This document shows positions 36,057 to 45,010 of a stretch of 64,000 nt of DNA, piece by piece. Below the pieces are notes generated by a model that saw nothing but the letters and a program-made list of their open reading frames with translations, was not told the DNA's origin and made no database searches. Both the position numbers and the translations under genes were made by a program. The stretch is from Bryobacterales bacterium (lineage in GTDB: Bacteria > Acidobacteriota > Terriglobia > Bryobacterales > UBA6623). The stretch lies in assembly GCA_965226215.1 (NCBI GenBank), contig CBDDCH010000002.1, forward strand, positions 2,517,228-2,581,227. Direction: 5' to 3'. Position 1 is the first letter of the stretch; each line of letters starts with the position of its first letter.

Positions 36057-36169
36057 GCATTTCTCACCACCGTCACAGCGATTGGGGCGAAAGGCCCGAT
36101 GGCCACGGCTTACGGCAACAGTTTGTGTAGATCGCCCGGGTTACGGTTCGTAGCCGGGGTGAGAAATGC
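36057..36169. repeat. 113-bp MITE-like element, family C, with TIRs GCATTTCTCAC / GTGAGAAATGC
   Basis: The terminal inverted repeats were read directly. The internal block GGCGAAAGGCCCGATGGCC...GTTTGTGTAGATCGCCC is shared with 7520-7580. It sits between the fcl stop and the FkbM gene. Confidence 0.75.
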
Positions 36170-36172
36170 GCA

Positions 36173-37135
36173 CTATCCGGCCGCGCGGGTCATCGGCTGG
36201 GGGGAACCGGCACGGTTGGCAAGGGACCAGCTGTAGGTTTGCTCGATCCCGGCTCTTAGGGGAATCTTTGGCTCCCAGCCGAGCACCGTCAAACGGGAGA
36301 CGTCGAGGAGTTTGCGCGGGGTGCCATCGGGTTTCGAGCCGTCGAAGACGATCCTGCCCCGGTAGCCAACGACTTCGCCCACCAGCTCCGCCAACTCTCG
36401 AATGCTGACATCGAAGCCTGAACCGACGTTGATGATCTCGTCCGAGTCGAAGTGGTGCATCAGGAAGACCGCTGCCGAGGCGAGGTCGTCGACGTGCAGA
36501 AATTACCGCCGGGGCGTCCCGCTTCCCCAGACGACGACTTGCGGCTCCCCGGATTCTTTCACCTCGTGGAACCTGCGCATCAAAGCCGGCAGTACATGGG
36601 AGAGCCGAAGGTCGAAATTGTCGCCGGGACCGTAGAGATTCGTTGGCATCAGGCTTATGGCATTGAAGCCGAACTGCCGCCGATACGCCTGCGCCATGAC
36701 GATGCCTGCTATTTTCGCGACCGCATACGGCCGGTTGGTGGGTTCGAGAGGGCCGTTCAGAAGCTCATCCTCCGGGATGGGCTGGCGAGCGTGTTTAGGA
36801 TAGATGCACGAAGAACCCAGGAACAACAATTTTTTGACGCCGTGGCGGTAAGCGGCGTCGATCACGTTGGTCTGGATCAGCAGATTCTCGCGGATAAAGT
36901 CGCCCCCCTCGGTATCGTTGGCCAGAATGCCTCCCACGCGAGCCGCCGCCAGGAACACGTATTCAGGCTGTTCGCTGGCGAAAAATCCGCTGACCGAGAC
37001 CGGGTCGCACAGATTCAACTCAGCCCGGCTGCGAGTGACCAGTCGCCGGCAGCCCTCCGCTTGCAGTCTTCGCAGCAACGCAGACCCCACCAGGCCACGG
37101 TGGCCGGCGACATAGATACGGCTGCCGCTATGCAC
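36173..37135 (-). pseudogene. fcl: GDP-L-fucose synthase (GDP-4-keto-6-deoxymannose 3,5-epimerase/4-reductase) with an in-frame TAA
   Basis: ORFs 36503..37135 and 36173..36460 are in the same frame and are separated only by a TAA at 36503-36505. The junction reads [28 protein letters not shown], whereas family members normally have ...PRREFLHVDD... The N-terminus [14 protein letters not shown] is the Rossmann motif. Confidence 0.8.
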
Positions 37136-38174
37136 AACTCAGCCCGTGGGCGGCGACGGCATGGCCGGCATCTTTCAGCAGGCGCTCTCGTCGAGCGGCC
37201 TCCAGATCATGTTCGACCATCATGCGAACCAACTCAGGGAAACGGATCTTAGGGCGCCAACCGAGTCGAGCACGCGCCTTCGAGGCGTCTCCGATTAGGA
37301 CGTCGACCTCGGCCGGACGCATGTAGCGAGGATCGATCTCGACGACGTCCCGCCACTCGATGTCCAGACAGCGGGCGGCCTCGTCGAGAAACTCTCGGAC
37401 CGAGAATGCTTCTCCCGTCGCGATCACGTAATCGTCCGGCTCAGATTGCTGCAGGATCAGCCACATGGCCTCAACGTAGTCCGCGGCGTGGCCCCAATCG
37501 CGGCGTGCCTCGAGATTGCCGAGGTAAAGCTTTTGCTCGAGCCCTAGTTTGATGCGAGTCAGAGCCCGGGTTATCTTACGCGTCACGAACGTCTCCCCAC
37601 GCAACGGTGACTCGTGGTTGAACAGGATGCCGTTGGCTACGAAAAGGTCGTACGCCTCGCGGTAGTTCAACGCGTACCAGTAGCCCGCGACCTTGCTCAC
37701 GGCGTAGGGACTGCGCGGATGGAAAGGCGTTCGCTCGTTCTGCGGCGGCGCCGCCGATCCGAACATTTCCGACGAACCCGCCTGGTAGAAACGCACTTCC
37801 CGCCCGGTTGCCGCGATGTGATCGCGAAGGGCTTCGAGCAGTCTCAACGTTCCCGTGGCCACGACGTCGGCCGTGTATTGAGGTTGTTCGAACGAGACCA
37901 TGACATGTGACTGCGCCCCGAGATTGTAGACTTCCTCAGGCCGGGTCCTCTCCAGCAGCCGGCGCAAGGCAGCGCCGTCGGTCAAATCGCCATGGTGAAG
38001 GAAGAGGCGCGAAGTGGAATCGTGTGGATCCTCGTAAATATCGTCGATTCGCTCCGTGTTGAATGTGCTCGACCGCCGCATCATGCCGTGCACTTCATAG
38101 CCTTTGTCGAGTAGGAATCGGGCTAGGTACGACCCGTCTTGACCGGTGATGCCGGTGATGAAAGCTCGTCTCAT
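37128..38174 (-). CDS. gmd: GDP-mannose 4,6-dehydratase
   Basis: [30 protein letters not shown]...HLGDLTD...YAVSKV... is a classic Gmd sequence. The start is set at the ATG at 38174. It overlaps the fcl start by 8 nt. Confidence 0.9.
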   Translation of the reverse strand: MRRAFITGITGQDGSYLARFLLDKGYEVHGMMRRSSTFNTERIDDIYEDPHDSTSRLFLHHGDLTDGAALRRLLERTRPEEVYNLGAQSHVMVSFEQPQYTADVVATGTLRLLEALRDHIAATGREVRFYQAGSSEMFGSAAPPQNERTPFHPRSPYAVSKVAGYWYALNYREAYDLFVANGILFNHESPLRGETFVTRKITRALTRIKLGLEQKLYLGNLEARRDWGHAADYVEAMWLILQQSEPDDYVIATGEAFSVREFLDEAARCLDIEWRDVVEIDPRYMRPAEVDVLIGDASKARARLGWRPKIRFPELVRMMVEHDLEAARRERLLKDAGHAVAAHGLSCA

Positions 38175-38247
38175 AACTTGGTTTTGGACTCCGTTTTGCA
38201 AGCTGCAACGCCTAGCCCTAGCCCGAACCCATTGCTCCTCGTCAGAC

Positions 38248-39138
38248 CTAGGTGACTTGCCCCCGCCCTGTACCAACAGCGTGGTCTTGCCCCTGCACCT
38301 TTGCCCTCGGTGAGTCATCGTCGAACCAGCCCATAAGCTGTAGCCCCCACATCACAAGGAAAAGTGGGTTGAACGCCACGTAGCGCTTCCAAAGCCGTCG
38401 GGGCTCCATCAGCAGTCGAAAGAACCACTCGAGGCCCGCTTGCTGCATCCACCGAGGCGCCTGGCGTCGCGCGCCGGCGTGGAAGTCAAATGCCGCGCCG
38501 ACACCTACCATGACAACGCCGGGCAAACAGTGGCGGTGCTCCGCGATCCAGCGTTCCTGGCGCGGCGCGCCGATGCCGACGAAGACGATGTCGGCGGCGG
38601 AGCCCAGAATCAACTCCACCAAAGCCCGGTCCTCCTGCCGGCTCAGCGGGCGAAAGGGCGGACAGTAGGTGCCGGCAATCGTCAACCGGGGGAACAACCG
38701 CTTCAAGCGCTCCGAAAGTCGAGGCATCGTCTCCTCGCGGCCGCCGTAGAGAAAGATGCGATGTCCCAGTCGCTCAGCCTGACGGCACATCTCGAGCATG
38801 AGGTCAGGCCCGTAGACCATTCCCTGCCGCAGTACGCCGAAAGACCGCAAGGCCCAAGCCAGCGGCATCCCATCCGGGGTAGCCACGTCAGCGCTGTTGA
38901 GCAGAGCTTTGAATTCCGGCTCGAAGACACCCGTCATGACGGAATGAACCGTACAGACGAAAACGGCCCGCCCCGGCGCCTGGCCGCGGAGACCGCCCGG
39001 ACCGCCGTTCGCCCGGCGTTTCTCTTCCACCCAGCGCCGGCACAGCGAGAGCACCTGCTCGTAGTTCGTCGCACTAATCCCGACCCCCAAGACCGAGCGC
39101 TTGGGTGGTGAACCCGGTCGCAGACCGTATTTGCTCAT
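38248..39138 (-). CDS. WecB/TagA/CpsF-family glycosyltransferase
   Basis: ...[15 protein letters not shown]...[11 protein letters not shown]...[14 protein letters not shown]...IFLYGG...[15 protein letters not shown]... matches the family pattern (GT26). Confidence 0.8.
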   Translation of the reverse strand: MSKYGLRPGSPPKRSVLGVGISATNYEQVLSLCRRWVEEKRRANGGPGGLRGQAPGRAVFVCTVHSVMTGVFEPEFKALLNSADVATPDGMPLAWALRSFGVLRQGMVYGPDLMLEMCRQAERLGHRIFLYGGREETMPRLSERLKRLFPRLTIAGTYCPPFRPLSRQEDRALVELILGSAADIVFVGIGAPRQERWIAEHRHCLPGVVMVGVGAAFDFHAGARRQAPRWMQQAGLEWFFRLLMEPRRLWKRYVAFNPLFLVMWGLQLMGWFDDDSPRAKVQGQDHAVGTGRGQVT

Positions 39139-39255
39139 CGCCGACTCCGCGATTTACCTTGCCGCCAAACGTCGCGTCAGGGTGCTGTTGACAGACCACG
39201 GACCCCAAAACACGAACTGCCGGCCGCTTTGGAGGAGGTCGGCCGGAGGCCCACG

Positions 39256-39427
39256 CCACATGCCGCTACATCTTCAGGTACCCAACAGATCCGTAGGGGC
39301 ACAGCATGCTGTGCCCGCCTGCCCTGAACAATGTGTACTGATCGGTAATGGGCCGACACGGTGGCCGGCCCTTACGAGAACAACGGGTTTTGTGACGAAC
39401 TGGCGAAATTTGTGAGAAAAGCGGGCT
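39256..39427. repeat. MITE/REP-like element, family A, lacking one terminus
   Basis: The right end is TTTGTGAGAAAAGCGGGCT. 39327-39427 matches 7686-7790, and 39256-39320 matches the reverse complement of 23200-23268. Confidence 0.75.
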
Positions 39428-39539
39428 GGGCGACCGTCGCAACGGGCGGGCGGTGACTTTCCCCATCCCGAGTGTCACCGCTCTAACCTGTGCTTCTCAC
39501 CAAGGATTTCGTAGGAACAGGCGTTCAGATGAATCCGCC

Positions 39540-40790
39540 TCAGGCGGCTACCCCGGCTGGTCCGTAAGACTGCAACGGGGCAGGTAGGTGATTGCCACGT
39601 CTCTCAATGGCAAACCGATAGATCTCCATCAGCATCCGGAAATTGCGAGCCGGTGTGTACTTCGCTAGGTACTCCCGCCGCGCGCCCAGGCCTAGGCTGT
39701 CAGCCAGGGTTTTGTCGCTGAGGACAAGCTTGAGAGACTGTCCCAGGGCCGCGACGTCGTCGGCGGGAAACTTGATCCCGGTTCGCCCATCCTCGATGAG
39801 CTCGCCCAGAGCGCCCAGATCGGAAACAACAGAGGGACGTCCACAGGCGAGCGCTTCGGCGACCGTCCTGCCGAAAGTTTCGAACCAGAGTGAAGGGGCC
39901 ACCAACGCTCTCGCGGCGCCCAGCAGCTCATGTACATCCTCGGTTGGTCTTCGTCCCATGAACGTCACAGCGGCAGCGGACAGACCTAGTTCCGCGGCCT
40001 TCCTCTCGAGCTTGGCTCTTTCGGGCCCATCGCCGACGATCAGCAACCGGCCAAGATTCGAAAGATTAGCCAGGGCCCAAGCTTCCAACAGCAGCCCCAG
40101 TCCCTTCTCCTGAGACAATCGGCCCACGTAGAGAATGCAGTCCGACGACGAGGGCGGGCGGTTCGGTTCACCAGGGTCGTCGAGAAAGTTGGGCTTGACG
40201 AAGATGCGCCCCGCCGGCAGCCTGCCGGCAATGAACTTCGAACGCGAGTGTTCTGTCGAGGCGATGAAGGCGTCGACATCTCGTTCCCAGGTGCCCCGGC
40301 GGCGGTTGAACCAGATCATTTGCGACACGGCGGCGGAAGCGGCCGCCGAGTCGCGGTAACAGCGACGCACGACGCCCCGCCAGGGAAGTTTCCCCAGACA
40401 GTCCTCGCAAACCCGCGCCTGGCGCAAGAACAGAGCGTTCGTACACAGCAGCCTGAAGTTGCGCAGAGCCTGAACCGTGGGAACTCCCGCGCGGTGACAG
40501 GCGTCGTGAACCGAAGGACTAAGTTTCATCCAGAAATTCTGGACGTGTGCAACGTCGGGGCTATGCTTCTTGCAAAGTTGCGAGATTTCTTCGTGTGACC
40601 TTCGTGACCAGGCAGCTCCCAGGGCCAGCCGGAGGCTCCCGGCCACACCCGAGCCCGGGGGGACCTCGTTGTCAAACCGTTGATCGATGACTTCGATCCC
40701 ATGGGCGCGCAGGTTGTCTACTTCGGCGCTTACCGAAAGATCTTCGCCACCGGGTTGGCGGTAGCGATTGTGCAGCATGAGCACCCTCAC
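39540..40790 (-). CDS. glycosyltransferase family 4 (GT-B, RfaB-like)
   Basis: ...RVLMLHNRYRQPGGED... lies at the N-terminus and the C-terminal ...GRLSQEKG...ALVAPSLWFETFGRTVAEALACGRPSVVSDLG... contains the EX7E region. The start is assigned to the GTG at 40790, which overlaps the upstream stop as GTGA. Confidence 0.8.
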   Translation of the reverse strand: MRVLMLHNRYRQPGGEDLSVSAEVDNLRAHGIEVIDQRFDNEVPPGSGVAGSLRLALGAAWSRRSHEEISQLCKKHSPDVAHVQNFWMKLSPSVHDACHRAGVPTVQALRNFRLLCTNALFLRQARVCEDCLGKLPWRGVVRRCYRDSAAASAAVSQMIWFNRRRGTWERDVDAFIASTEHSRSKFIAGRLPAGRIFVKPNFLDDPGEPNRPPSSSDCILYVGRLSQEKGLGLLLEAWALANLSNLGRLLIVGDGPERAKLERKAAELGLSAAAVTFMGRRPTEDVHELLGAARALVAPSLWFETFGRTVAEALACGRPSVVSDLGALGELIEDGRTGIKFPADDVAALGQSLKLVLSDKTLADSLGLGARREYLAKYTPARNFRMLMEIYRFAIERRGNHLPAPLQSYGPAGVAA

Positions 40791-42241
40791 GATGCAGCCG
40801 CCTGTTGAACCATGGTCCGCATCGTCCGGGCCGGCGAAGCTCCTCCGACGGCCGATGCTTCGTGTCGGGTGGGAAAGGCCAGCGAGCGCCCCCAGGCGAA
40901 ACCCAGTGCGAACCAGAACCAAACACCAAGAACCGGCCCTTCCATGAGCACCCCGACCGAGCTGTTGCCCCAGGTGGCCGTCAGCATCAGCAGCCAGAAC
41001 GCCAACTCCTCGCGGCGCTCGGGCGAGTAGGCATGGCCGCGCACCCCGCCGCGCCAGACGTGCCTAAACAAGCCGCCGAAACCGATGGCCAACACCAGGG
41101 CCCACAGCGAGCCACCCACGATTCCCGTCCGCGCGAAGACCGTCATATTGATGTTGTGCGGAGAGCGGACCGGCCAGGCTTCATGCTCATTGCCGAGCAG
41201 ATAGGGATTGTAGACTCCCAAACTCTCGCCGAAGCCCAAACCGAAGGCCGGGTTTCGGCGCATGACCTCCCCGACAAGCTCCTTCCACCACAGCATCCTC
41301 CAGTAAGCGGTACCTTGCGGGGAAAACGGATTCGCTTCCGCGAATCGCCCCAGATGCATCGCCTCCGCCAAATGAGGTCTCACTAGGACGGCGGCCAGCA
41401 GCGCGGTACCCCCCAGGGCAGCCACCCAGAACATGCGCGTCGAAAAGCGGATCGGGAGTCCTTTTGCCAGTCCTAGCGCTAGAACTACGACGGCGCCCAG
41501 CAGCAAGCCAAACTTGGCGCCCCGTAATTGACTCAGCGCCAGCAGAGCTACACCAAGCAACGCGACGAATACGAACACTTTTCGCCAATGACGGTATCGA
41601 TCAGGGGGCCGGAGGAAGAGCACGATGACCGCCCCTAACCCCATGTTCTGCATGACGTCGTGGCCGGAGTGGGAAAGCAGGTTCGTGCCGCGCCAAGGAA
41701 GTTCCGGGCCCAGCTCGGCAAGCCTGCCGCCGGAGAGCAAGTTCGCCGACTCCCACACAAGCGCCAGCACCCAGAAGACGCAGAGTATCTTCCAGACTCT
41801 GGAGCCCAGCGCCTGCCGCCTCGCTAGATTGAGGCCCACGAAGTAAAAGGCCGCGTAGTAGCAAATCGCCGCATCGCGCGCCGCATCCAGACCCCAACTC
41901 GCAACCGACTTTGCCGCCAGGGCTGCTCCCAACAACATGTACGCCAAGATGAGAAAAGACAGCAGCCGGCCGTGTCGAGACCGTAATCCAAGGGTGCCCT
42001 GGTGTCCGATGACCCACAGCAGGGAAACCACGAGTACAACCTCTCCCCAATAGATGGGCGGATATCCCAGATACGTCGGCCCCTTGCCGATAATCGTGAT
42101 CGCTCCCAAGTAGACGAGTAGGAAGGCAACCGGTTTCGGCAAACGGGCGTGGGCGGCGTTTCGACCCGCAAGGATTCCCAACAGGCCCTCCCGGCGAGAG
42201 CGTGGCCGAACCAACGGCGGCGCCAGTGATGTCGTGCTCAT
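40787..42241 (-). CDS. O-antigen polymerase/ligase-like (Wzy-type) polytopic membrane protein
   Basis: The 484-aa ORF has about 11-12 hydrophobic segments and a large loop. It lies between GT2 and GT4 genes. This is a family-level call only. Confidence 0.6.
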   Translation of the reverse strand: MSTTSLAPPLVRPRSRREGLLGILAGRNAAHARLPKPVAFLLVYLGAITIIGKGPTYLGYPPIYWGEVVLVVSLLWVIGHQGTLGLRSRHGRLLSFLILAYMLLGAALAAKSVASWGLDAARDAAICYYAAFYFVGLNLARRQALGSRVWKILCVFWVLALVWESANLLSGGRLAELGPELPWRGTNLLSHSGHDVMQNMGLGAVIVLFLRPPDRYRHWRKVFVFVALLGVALLALSQLRGAKFGLLLGAVVVLALGLAKGLPIRFSTRMFWVAALGGTALLAAVLVRPHLAEAMHLGRFAEANPFSPQGTAYWRMLWWKELVGEVMRRNPAFGLGFGESLGVYNPYLLGNEHEAWPVRSPHNINMTVFARTGIVGGSLWALVLAIGFGGLFRHVWRGGVRGHAYSPERREELAFWLLMLTATWGNSSVGVLMEGPVLGVWFWFALGFAWGRSLAFPTRHEASAVGGASPARTMRTMVQQAAAS

Positions 42242-42269
42242 TTTCCTATTTTCAAAGCAGAAGAACGGC

Positions 42270-43040
42270 CTAGAAGTAGCACCCCGTAACGGCTTTCCAG
42301 CTCACGCGAGCGCTGCGGGCGAGGAAGCGCTTGGCCAGCCGCGCTGCCTCGGAATCGTCTCCGACGTAGCGGCGGGAGATTTCCCGGTATCCGCGAGCCA
42401 CCTCGGAGCGCAGACGGGCGCTTTTCGTCTCCGGGTGCATCCGCATTCGCGACCAGCACCGCCGCCGATGGTGCATCTTCGTTACCTCGGAAAAACGCAG
42501 CCACAGCTCTCCGTCCATGCAAATGTCGAGATCGGGGTCGAGACCGCCCACCTGTTCGTAAAGGTCCCGCCGCCAGAAGGTAGACGGCTGCGGAATGTAG
42601 TTGAACGTGTAGAGCCAAATCCAACGCTGAAACCCGACCGTCTTAAAAAAGCGGATTCGCCTGCCTTCGATGTCAACGAAGGTCGCGTCCCCGTAGACCG
42701 CCCTAGTCTCGGGCTGAGAAGCGAAGATCCGGCCGACTTCCCACAACGTCCCCGGCTCCCAGACGTCGTCGGCGCACAGCCAGCAAAGCACGTCCCCCGA
42801 CGCCCGCCCAAATCCCTGAATGAGAGCGTCCGTCTGGCCTCGATCGGGCCGGCTTACCCAATAAGCAAGCTGATCGGAATAACGGCGGATGATGTCGGCG
42901 CTGCCGTCTGTCGATCCACCGTCCATAACGATGTATTCCAAATTAGGGTAGTCCTGGTAAAGCACGCTCTGGATCGTCTCTTCCAGAAACCGTCCCTGGT
43001 TGAAAGAAGGGGTAACAACCGTGATTCGGGGCAACTGCAT
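42270..43040 (-). CDS. glycosyltransferase family 2
   Basis: MQLPRITVVTPSFNQGRFLEETIQSVLYQDYPNLEYIVMDGGSTDGS...DRGQTDALIQGF...CADDVWEPG. The start is set at the ATG at 43040. Confidence 0.85.
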   Translation of the reverse strand: MQLPRITVVTPSFNQGRFLEETIQSVLYQDYPNLEYIVMDGGSTDGSADIIRRYSDQLAYWVSRPDRGQTDALIQGFGRASGDVLCWLCADDVWEPGTLWEVGRIFASQPETRAVYGDATFVDIEGRRIRFFKTVGFQRWIWLYTFNYIPQPSTFWRRDLYEQVGGLDPDLDICMDGELWLRFSEVTKMHHRRRCWSRMRMHPETKSARLRSEVARGYREISRRYVGDDSEAARLAKRFLARSARVSWKAVTGCYF

Positions 43041-43056
43041 TCGATTACGCCTGTTG

Positions 43057-43572
43057 CTAGCCGGAAACATCCCCATGCCAGTCAACCAAGCCCGTACCGG
43101 TGTAATGCCCCAAGCTGGGCAGATCGATTTTCGGGTGCCGGATCTCACGCCAAATCTGAAGCATGTTCCACAAGCGGATGTCGTCGAGGACCAGCAACGT
43201 GTTTTTCCTTACGCCGAGGGATTCGAAGTTAGACAGCAGGCGTCTCTCGAAAACCCCGTCCTTGGGTCCGTCAATGAAGATCAACTCCGCCGAGCGAAAC
43301 AAATCGGCGCGATTTTCGACGGCTTGTCAAGAGCCGAAATCGCGGACAACCTGCGCCAGTCGTCCCGCAGCGAAATCCGAGTCGCGCAGGAAGGTCCCTT
43401 CGACGGCGTCCCACCTCTTGACATCAACCGTCGTCAGCGACGCCCCGGGGGGCAGCGCGGCCAGCATGGCCAGGGCGCTCAAGCCCCGGTCCGTGGCTCG
43501 CGGAAAGTGAATCGGCGGCGTCAGTGCGTCTGCGGATAGCGCCCGCGTCGTAGTGACAAAGGGTTTCCGCAT
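43057..43572 (-). pseudogene. small Methyltransf_24-like (class I methyltransferase fold) protein interrupted by an in-frame TGA
   Basis: ORFs 43327..43572 and 43057..43302 are in the same frame. The junction reads ...RLAQVVRDFGS*QAVENRADLFRSAELIFIDGPKDGVFERRLL..., with the TGA at 43327-43329. The second half resembles the '..D.IFIDG.H......' block of this family. The SAM motif I is degenerate. Confidence 0.45.
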
Positions 43573-43576
43573 CGGC

Positions 43577-44659
43577 CTACGAGGTCACTCTCGAAGATTG
43601 CGTCATCGCGGCAACCCGAGGGCGACTGTTTACGGCTTCGAGCAGAGAAAGGAATCCCGCCTCAGTGTCGGGATAAACGATCCGGCCTTCCCCATGCTGA
43701 TCGAGCCACTGCCGAATCCTCCCGGGGGTGGCGGAGTCGCGGAAGCCTACCAGGTTGACTAGCGAAACGCTCGGGCTGCCGCTCGCCACCGCCGTTCGCG
43801 CCAGAGCCAGCGAGTCCACCCCGACCCGGACGTCAAACTGCTCCAGATCGAGAAATTCCGCCGGCACGCCGGCCGGAAGCAGGCGAACATTCATTCGCTC
43901 CAGAAATCCCGGATGCCCTAGACGCGGATGAGGCTTGATGTAGACGCGGAAACCTTGGCGCAGCAAGCAATCCACCATCCAGCGAAACGACTCGCGGGAA
44001 TCTCGGAGGAATCCCACCTCCTCGTCATCCCACACAAACAATAGGGCGGCAGGCCCCGCGGTCGAACGGGTCCGGAATCGATACCGTTCGACGACATGCG
44101 GATCGATGTGGGGCTCAATCAGTTTGATCCCGAAGCGCTCGTGCGGCAACACGGCGTAGATGGCGCCGTCGAGTTCTTCGCGAACGCAAAACGCGAAACC
44201 AACGCCGGTGATGAATTTCAGCAAACTCCATTTCGCCCAGGTCTTCGGACCCCATCGGGTGAGTTGCGGGTCCCGCAACCGGTAGTGATCGGCCAGAAAA
44301 ACCGGGCAGCGTCTCGCCAAGCGCGAGACGAAGCAGCTGGTCGTTACATCCATCAGGGGCGTGAAGAAGTAAGCTTCGCCCGGGACAGCCTGAAAGTGAG
44401 CACGGTAGGTTGCTTGCAACCGACTCCTGACTCGAACGATCGCCCGAGGAGTTTTGGGAAACGAAGTGAACCCGTCGTCCAGCAAGCTCACCACGGCTCC
44501 GTCAAGCGGCAGGCCGCGAACAAACTCGTAAATGGATCTCGCCCGCACGAACAACTCCACGGGTTTTCCCCGCCGATGCTTGTCGTCGTAGATCGACAGC
44601 GCAAACGGCAGATCGGCCGGCGCCTGCACGAAAATCGCGGCGGTTCGAGGTTTACTCAT
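43577..44659 (-). CDS. hypothetical protein, possibly a capsule-polysaccharide-type / sialyltransferase-like glycosyltransferase
   Basis: The ORF has 360 aa from the ATG at 44659, or 390 aa from 44749. I recognise no confident family. The block ...ALLFVWDDEEVGFLRDSRESF...GFRVYIKPHPRLGHP... resembles the 'acidic stretch then K-x-H-P' arrangement of capsule polymerases, KpsC/S-like enzymes and bacterial sialyltransferases. Confidence 0.35.
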   Translation of the reverse strand: MSKPRTAAIFVQAPADLPFALSIYDDKHRRGKPVELFVRARSIYEFVRGLPLDGAVVSLLDDGFTSFPKTPRAIVRVRSRLQATYRAHFQAVPGEAYFFTPLMDVTTSCFVSRLARRCPVFLADHYRLRDPQLTRWGPKTWAKWSLLKFITGVGFAFCVREELDGAIYAVLPHERFGIKLIEPHIDPHVVERYRFRTRSTAGPAALLFVWDDEEVGFLRDSRESFRWMVDCLLRQGFRVYIKPHPRLGHPGFLERMNVRLLPAGVPAEFLDLEQFDVRVGVDSLALARTAVASGSPSVSLVNLVGFRDSATPGRIRQWLDQHGEGRIVYPDTEAGFLSLLEAVNSRPRVAAMTQSSRVTS

Positions 44660-44780
44660 GGGCGGAAGGTCGACTCCCGGCGGGAAAGATACTCGGCGAG
44701 TCACTCTGCGACTTGCGCTTGACTGAGCGTCACCGTCGCGTGCAACCAAGCTCGCCCTGTGGGGCGCGGAAACAGATTCC

Positions 44781-45010
44781 TCACCAGCAGCTCCGCCCGC
44801 CGTCGATGACGAGGTTGGTCCCGGTCATATAAGAAGAAGCGTCGGAAACCAAAAAAACGATGGCGGCTTTGTATTCGTCTTGGCCGGCCATCCGCCCAAG
44901 CGGAATCAACCCGCTCAGGCGCCGGATAAACGCAGGGTCTTGCCCTTGAAAGACGCCGCCCGGAGAAATGGCGTTGACCCTAACTCCACGCTCGGCCCAA
45001 TACGTGGCTA
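44781..45010 (-). pseudogene. SDR-family oxidoreductase, C-terminal part (gene split by IS630 copy 1)
   Basis: It reads ...ATYWAERGVRVNAISPGGVFQGQ...GRMAGQDEYKAAIVFLVSDASSYMTGTNLVIDGG. It joins 46164..46865 perfectly once the IS and one TA are removed (LGLTRYL|ATYWAE). Confidence 0.85.

Noticed and set aside
43300-43329. Selenocysteine recoding of the in-frame TGA in the methyltransferase-like gene
   Set aside because: Downstream I find only a weak 6-bp hairpin (AAATCG-cgc-CGATTT), not a SECIS-like stem-loop. Nothing in the family suggests a catalytic Cys/Sec there, and the other interrupted genes use TAA and TAG.
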